In this document: positions 55,395-64,000 of the stretch, in pieces | Layout: each line of letters starts with the position of its first letter | How positions within the stretch are numbered: the first letter of the stretch is position 1 | DNA from: Octopus vulgaris | Lineage: Eukaryota | DNA: 64,000 bases | Reading direction: 5' to 3' | NCBI GenBank assembly: GCA_951406725.2 | Contig: OX597835.1 | Coordinates: 38,378,001-38,442,000, forward strand | Program-made: the position numbers and the translations under genes | The notes under the pieces: generated by a model | Told to the model about the DNA's origin: nothing | The model's input: only the letters and a program-made list of their open reading frames with translations | The model's database searches: none

Positions 55395-55752
55395 GAGCGA
55401 AGCGGTCTTCGTCCCAGAGTGGGAGAATTCCGAAACGTGGTTCTTTGCTATTCGTAAGACCCGCAGAAGAGAAAGCAGGTCAACCCACGACACCAAGAGC
55501 ATCGACGGATTGATGAATGCGCATCCAGGCTCAGCAGTTGGTTAGGAAGTCGGGGACAAGAAACAGGAAGAAAGAGTGAGAGAAAGCTGGAGCGAAAGAG
55601 TACAACAGGGGTCGCCACCACCCCATGCCGGAGCCTCGTGGAGCTTTAGGTGTTTTCGCTCAATAAACACACACAACGTTCGGTCTGGTAATTGAAACCA
55701 CGATCCTCCGACCGCGAGTCCGCTGCCCTAACCACTGGGCCATTGCGCCTCC
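55395..55752 (-). mobile_element. SINE with C-type head and a third tail, in (TTG)n
   Basis: Head matches 46300-46400; 3' part is unrelated. Confidence 0.8.
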
Positions 55753-56681
55753 TTGTTGTTGTTGTTCAACTTGTTGTTCAGCGCCCAAGTTGATAAGTGA
55801 CATTCGAATCTGATCACCTGAACTACTTTAGGCAGGGTATATACGACCAAATTACCTTAATTTATACAGTACTGCTATTCCTCCATCCCACCCCGCCCAT
55901 GAAATTTGAGGATGTGCTTAAACGAAAATTTGGTTGATACATCAAATAAGTCCAGCGACGGCAACGTAGAATCGCTTCAAACGCACGGCTGCTGCAGAGG
56001 GCGTTGGTGGGGCGGCGGTGGCAGTAGCTGCTGCTGATGCTGCTGCTGTTTACCTGTGCATTAACCAAGATTAATCTGATCAGTAATCATCAACGACATT
56101 CAAACCATAATCATCCCCTATATTTTTCAAGACATACAGCCCTTAAGTCCCCATTACTGCAATACAATCCTTCCTCCTATTAAAATAATAGGGTATGATC
56201 TGAAGGCAGTTCTTTACCTGCTACTTCTAGCAGGTTGATTAAAGGCCACTTATAAACCCTCTCATCTTATACCTAAACGTCACATCATAAATTATCAATA
56301 AGGACGTAGAGATTCGATTTAATACCAATTACTTTAAAAGGAATCCCGTTTCCCTTTGATGAAAACTTTGCTATTTACTCAACGACCGCTCTCCCCCATT
56401 ATTTTTTTTTTATCGCTTGTATATCTATTATACCATCATCGGAGTTGTTTGGGTACGTTCAGTCGACCAACAGATCTTTGCTATTACAACGTCATGTGAT
56501 AATGGCGTGTTGCTCTTTCCGGGAGAATCATTTAAACAACTTAATGCACGTTCACAAACGTACGTGTAAAGGGGTTTATTGATGTTATAGGAATATTTTT
56601 AAACTTGGCTTCAAGCGGATGTTGTTGTTGGACCCAGATGACCCTGGTGAAGCACGTGCTAATGCTATCTACGCTGTCTGC

Positions 56682-56747
<66 letters not shown>

Positions 56748-57440
56748 AACTGTCTTTCTGTCTGTCTACGTCATTTTACTCCCTTATATGTGTCTGTGCG
56801 CTCGTGTGTGCGTGTGAGTGAGTGAGTGAGTGAGTGTATGTATGTATATATATGTATGCATGTATATATGCATACACACACATACACACACACATATATA
56901 TGTACGTATAAAGAGATAGAGAAAAAGAATCAGGGAGAGACAGAGAGAGGGGTATATTGATATATACATATATCCATCCATCTATACATATGTATAAATA
57001 TATATACACATATATTCAGAGAGAGAGAGTGAGAGAGAGAGAGAGAGAAATTCAAACATGCATGCATGCATACACATGTTCATCCCCCCCACACACACAC
57101 ATACGCTCTCTCTCTCTCACACACACACACATATAGACATGCGCATGTACATACATGTCGATAGGTATATTAAGATCGATTGATCGATATGTAGATAAAC
57201 AGAGTGAATGCCAGACACAGTGATAGACAGACATTAAGAGAGGGGGGAAAAAGAGGGCACGTAAATTTTAAAATCGGTATCACACAAGCACACGCAAACA
57301 TATATATGTATACAGAAACACACATGCATACACATATACACGTATACACGTATCTATAAATATATACACACACATATATATATGTATATATATCTATACA
57401 TATATATATACATACATATATACATATACATATATGTATG

Positions 57441-57491
<51 letters not shown>

Positions 57492-57531
57492 TATATATAT
57501 ATATATATATATATACGTATATGTATGTGCG

Positions 57532-57642
<111 letters not shown>

Positions 57643-58054
57643 ATTTCTGTATATGTATATTTAAAGAGTAGAGGAGATTAAATGAAGAAGAATTCAGACC
57701 ACAAATACGAGAATGAAAAAAAAAAAAAGATGAAAAGGGAAAAAAAAGCATAGAACTGACAAATGGATGAAAGGAAGAATATGTATAAAAGAGATGGAAT
57801 AGAGAAGAAAATGGTAATAGAAAGAAAGATAAAATAAAAATAAAAATAAAAATAAAGACTGAAAGAAAACAGAAAGAAAGAAAAAAAGAAAGAAAGAAAG
57901 AAAGAAAGAAAAGGAAGGAGGAAATCAATGAAAGGAGGAAAGATGGCGTTGGGAATGGAGAAGAAGATTCGTTTCGTAAGGTGTTAAAATCAGTGTTGAA
58001 TTCGAACTTCTGCTTTAATCAATAATCTACAATATTAAAATACACTCAGAGGGA

Positions 58055-58085
<31 letters not shown>

Positions 58086-58109
58086 TAATTATCTTTAATA
58101 AAAACAGCA

Positions 58110-58139
58110 ATAGTAATAATGATAATGATGATAATAATG

Positions 58140-58214
<75 letters not shown>

Positions 58215-58272
58215 GAAAAAAATTAAAGTTAACAATAATATTACTATTGCTATCATTACTACTACTACTACA

Positions 58273-58303
<31 letters not shown>

Positions 58304-58761
58304 TCTCTTAAAAAACCTATCATCATCATCAACCTCATCATCATTATCATAATCATCACATTCTTTATCATAATCATCGCCATCTTCACCTTCATCATCG
58401 CCGTCGTTCTCACCGTTTTCATCATCATCATCATCATCATCATCACCGCCATCACCAGAATCCTTACATTCTTCTCCTTCTTCTTCTCCTTCTCCTTCTT
58501 CTTCTTCTTCTTCTTCTTCTTCTTCTTCTTCTTCTCCTTCTCTTCTTCTTCTTCTTCTTCTTCTTCTTCTTCTTCTTCTTCTTCTTCTTCTTCTTTATTC
58601 ATTTCATCATCCTTTCTATTTCTTTCTCTTAATCTTTAACGCAAACCACAAAACAAATTGTAAACCTCCTTGTAATGTCCCCTCATTGATGCCCCTATGG
58701 CAAATTTTAAAAAATCATCATCATCTTCACCATCATCATCATTCATTATTATTATTGTTTC

Positions 58762-58825
<64 letters not shown>

Positions 58826-58840
58826 GTTATTATTATTATC

Positions 58841-58876
<36 letters not shown>

Positions 58877-58933
58877 GTTATTAATATTATTATTATTATT
58901 ATTATTGTTATTATTATCATTATTATTACTATC

Positions 58934-58969
<36 letters not shown>

Positions 58970-58970
58970 G

Positions 58971-59012
<42 letters not shown>

Positions 59013-59722
59013 ATATTATTATTATTATTTGCATCGTCTGTAAAGAGTACATACAGGTCAATGAAAGATTTCATTGCAACAACAAGCTGAACCAAAATTG
59101 ACAACACATCCTGTTGGGAGATGAAAGGAACCAAAACACACAAACATAATTCACACACACACACACACAGAGAAACACACGCACACGCACACAAACACTC
59201 ACCCTTACACACGACATAACAAAAGACACACGCACACACACATACATAGACATGCAACATAACTCAACACACACACACACACACGCAACGAAATAAAAAT
59301 AAAGCGAAAAGAATAGAAATTGTATGAAATAAAGAGGAGGGGGAGAAAAGAAGGAGAAAGAGGAGGAAAAGAAGAAGAAGAAAAAGAAGGAGTAGGAGGA
59401 AAAGAAGAAAGAGTAGGAGGAAAAGAAGAAGGAGGAGGAGAAAGAGGAAGAGAAGAAACGATAGTGCAAAAGAGGAAAACGTAGAGGTTAGGGAAGAAAA
59501 AGAGAGGAGAGAGAATTAGTGGTAATGGTGGTGGTGGTAGTGGTGGTAATAGTGGTAGTAGTTGTTGTTGGTGTAGTAGTATCAGTAGTAGAAGTGGTAG
59601 TAGTTGTAGTAGTAGATGGAGAACTTGAAGAAAGGGAAGAAGAAGAAGAAGAAGAAGAAGAAGAAAAAGAAGAAGAAGAAGAAGAAGAAGGAGGAGGAGG
59701 AGAGAAATGGAAGAAGAAGAAA

Positions 59723-59754
<32 letters not shown>

Positions 59755-59853
59755 GAAGAAGGAGGAGGAGGAGGAGAGAAATGGAAGAAGAAGAAAAAGA
59801 AGAAGAAGAAGAAGAAGAAGAAGAAGAAGAAGAAGAAGAAGAAGAAGAAGAAG

Positions 59854-59885
<32 letters not shown>
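58110..59885. repeat. Series of trinucleotide arrays (TAA, CTA, CAT, CTT, TTA, GTA, GAA)
   Basis: Direct reading. Confidence 0.9.
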
Positions 59886-60902
59886 TTCTACGAATAATAA
59901 AAAAAAAGGTGAAAATGAAAGTAGTCGATAAAGACTACTCGTGGGAAGCACCAGTCGGCCATTTTGGAAACTAGTTATAATGAATCAGACAAAAAAAAAT
60001 AATAAATGACAATCTTTAGTGATTGGTTGAAGATGTTTAAGCGATACATCCGTTTTGAGGCCTGTTTCTGATAGAGTATTATTGCCCTTGTGTCTTTGAA
60101 CTGCTCCAAGTGATATCGGTATAAATGTGTATGTGTCATGCACTTGTAAATGTGCAGCATATGTATATGTGTACGTGTAAATGTATGGGCATTTCTATAT
60201 GAATATATATGAGTACTTGTAAGTATGCGTATGTGTGTATGTATGAATGTGGAAGGTTGTGTGTATATGTGTATGAGTATGAATTCTATGTGTGTATGTC
60301 TATGTACATGTATGTGTAAATGTGTGTGGCAGTGAATGTGTATGTGTAAATACGTATGTGTATATGTGTATGAATAGATATGAACGTGTATACATGTGGG
60401 CTTGAATGTGTAAATGTGTGTGGTCTTGATTGTGTAAATTGTGTGTATAAGGATGTGTAAATGTGTGTGTGTATGTGGATGTTACCTATGCCTATATGTG
60501 TAGGTATGCGTGTATGTGTGTGTATGTATATGTGTACGTGTGTATGATGTATACACTCACAAATACTCCTCACAGAGCATTTGTAAGTGTATGCTATACA
60601 GGTGTGTTTCAACACACACACAAATACAGAGAGAGTGAGGAAAAGATAAAGAGAGATATAGGTAAAAAGAGAGACAGCTTCAGAGGACGAGAGATCGAAT
60701 TAGTTTTGTAGAGACATTGAAAGTGAAAGAAGATCTTGCAGAGCTAGAGAAGGAAATTAACCCAAGCACAAGCCACACACAGACACAGATACGCATACTC
60801 GCCCACACATACAAGGTTTAGTAAATATTTGTGTTTATAAACGAAGAAAAGGTACTTATACTTAATACTTAGCCCTTTGCCTTTCCAAGTCATTTTCATA
60901 AA

Positions 60903-61232
60903 GACTCTCTTCGGTCATGAATGACCATGGGATTGCACTTAGAGAATTCGTCCCCGAGGCACAAGTCTGGGCAAATTTGTTTATAAAAGACCAACCGTCA
61001 CACATGCATACCAGCCTCCCTTCCCCACGCCACCGATGTTATCCAAGGGAAAGGCAAAGGCCGATACAGCTTGGCACCAGTGATGTCGCAACTCATTTCT
61101 ACAGCTGAGGGAATTGGAACAATGTGAAATAAAGTGTCTTACTCAAGAGCACAACACACAGCCCGGTCCGGGAATCGAACTCACTACCTCATGATTGTGA
61201 GTCCGACGCTCTAACCACGGAGCCATGCGCCT
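60903..61232 (-). mobile_element. SINE family D, full length
   Basis: tRNA A/B boxes on the minus strand; TTTTCATAA on both flanks. Confidence 0.85.
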
Positions 61233-62269
61233 AATCCTTTTCATAAGTTTGTCCTAAACGTCCACGCCTGTTTTGAGTCTCAAAACAAGCATTTGATTCT
61301 CAAAACTTAGCGCTCATTTCATAGGTTCTGAGTAATATAAAGCTTTACTTTCATGAGTCCTAAGTTACTCTAGGGGTTGAAAAAACGAAGCACCCGTATC
61401 AGATATGATGCAAGGACAACAGGTAAATATATCCTGTGCATCATATGTGATAAACAGGACAGGCAAACGGTTAAACTAAAACTGAGGTTTCATCAACCCT
61501 TGATCTTTTGCCAGGCCAAAGAATTTCCATTAGCTTGTTTACAGGTTTTTACTTAGCCCTTGTTTCATACATCCTGACTAATATAAAGCTTTACTTTAAT
61601 AAGCTCCGAGTTACTCTGCTGGCTGACAAATGCGGAGAATGTGCATCATGTACGATGGATGAAAACCCAAAAATTATGTCTTGTGCATCATGTGATACAC
61701 AGGAGAGCGAAAGGGTTAAAATACAGCTTCCATTCTTATTAGATGCCGAAGAGTCTTGCACCGTTATTTTGATTTTCACGTTGCCACGTTTCCAAAAGAT
61801 CCTCAAAGGAAATGTTTAAATAATCGACAACGTAAAACTCAGAGAAAAAAATTGATAGCAATCACTTTCTAATAAATATGTGTATGTGCAGGTGAGCAAG
61901 CAAGCAAGCGTGTGTATGTGTGTATGTGTAGTGTGTGTGTGTGTGTGTGTGTGGGTGTGTGTGTGTGTGTGTGTGTGCTGTGTTTGTGTTGTATCTCTAA
62001 CCAGAAGTTGAAGATATTTCTGTCTATATGGAATGGTATAGGTTATATGAAGTTCTTTATATTCCTGAGCATTGCGTATTCATTCGATATGAACTGATGC
62101 ATAAATACGTATATAGACGTAGACACGCATACACACTCATGTATATATATTATATATATACACACACACATATACACACTGCACATTCATATCTACTTAT
62201 ACATATACATATATATATGCATATATTTATATATATGTGTATATATATCTATATACATATACATATATT

Positions 62270-62344
<75 letters not shown>

Positions 62345-62400
62345 ATGCATGTATGTATACACGCACACGCACGCACGCACACACACACACGCACACACAT

Positions 62401-62435
<35 letters not shown>

Positions 62436-62653
62436 CGCTGGTCTTATGAGAAAATGCACAGCAACAAATATCCTATCATTTCCTATCATACCAAAAATGG
62501 CTCTGAATAAGTTGAAGCTTCATTTCAAAACTAAGCACCTCATAAATGGTACAAGATATCAGAACTGAAGTGGAACCAAATAAAGTACGCGGAAGAACAG
62601 AGTTATTAAATTATTCCAACAAAGAACACAAGACCCAAACAAAAAAAAGAAAC

Positions 62654-63165
<512 letters not shown>

Positions 63166-63619
63166 TACAGAAATAGAAAAGAATATGGCAGCGGTTTTTG
63201 TACGCCATAAATGCGCTGCGGAAATGCAAAATATATTTAGGATAAAACAGACCAGAGTGAAAAACCATAAATAAAATATCCGTTTAGCAAAGATTTATTT
63301 ATCAGGAATTGGAAGAGGAATCCACATGAAAATCTACGATAGGCTGAGAGAGAGAGTCTTGGAGTAAAACAAACAAATAGGTTACGATTATCATTCAAAT
63401 AAATCGGCGTTTATTTGACCATTCACTCACCATCCGGGCAACAAAAGCACTGCACACATATATATAGAGAGAGGGGTATATAAGAAAAAAAAATATATTT
63501 ACTGAGTAAAATGATAAGCGATGTTATATACACTTATATACGTATACATACGAATACATATGTGCGCATATATATGAATATATAAATGCATACACACACA
63601 CGGACATACACCCGCACAC

Positions 63620-63656
<37 letters not shown>

Positions 63657-63866
63657 TAGATAGATAGAAAGATAGATATTTATATACATATACATGTATG
63701 TATGTATATATATATATGTAAATATGTATATATATGTATATATATACACACACACAATATATATATATATGTATATATATATAAATATGCATATATATAT
63801 ATGTATATATATACATATATATATATATATACTTATATATGTATACATACATATATATATATATAA

Positions 63867-63919
<53 letters not shown>

Positions 63920-64000
63920 TATGTATACATAAGTATATATGTGTGTGTCTGTAAATGCATATATGTATATGTATATATATATATGTGTATATATATATAT

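Overview
AT-rich, microsatellite-saturated animal DNA. The SINE set and repeat landscape suggest an octopus or other coleoid cephalopod (inference). No intact host gene is evident, and almost all ORFs in the supplied track are microsatellite translation artefacts. The window holds at least four tRNA-derived SINE families, a full-length defective mariner (DD34D), a maT/DD37D fragment, a non-autonomous Helitron, RTE and R4/Dong LINE fragments, and several Penelope-like element (PLE) remnants. The main signal is self-cleaving RNA. A young 485-bp tandem plus inverted repeat at 46521-47813 carries three intact type I hammerhead ribozymes with an unusually long stem II, in a highly structured non-coding unit: a candidate retrozyme or circRNA generator. 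A second hammerhead-bounded 340-nt PLE-derived mini-element lies at 35511-35987, and about a dozen more intact or decayed hammerhead-like motifs are scattered through the window. All alignments, translations and pairings were done by eye, so boundaries of decayed elements are approximate.
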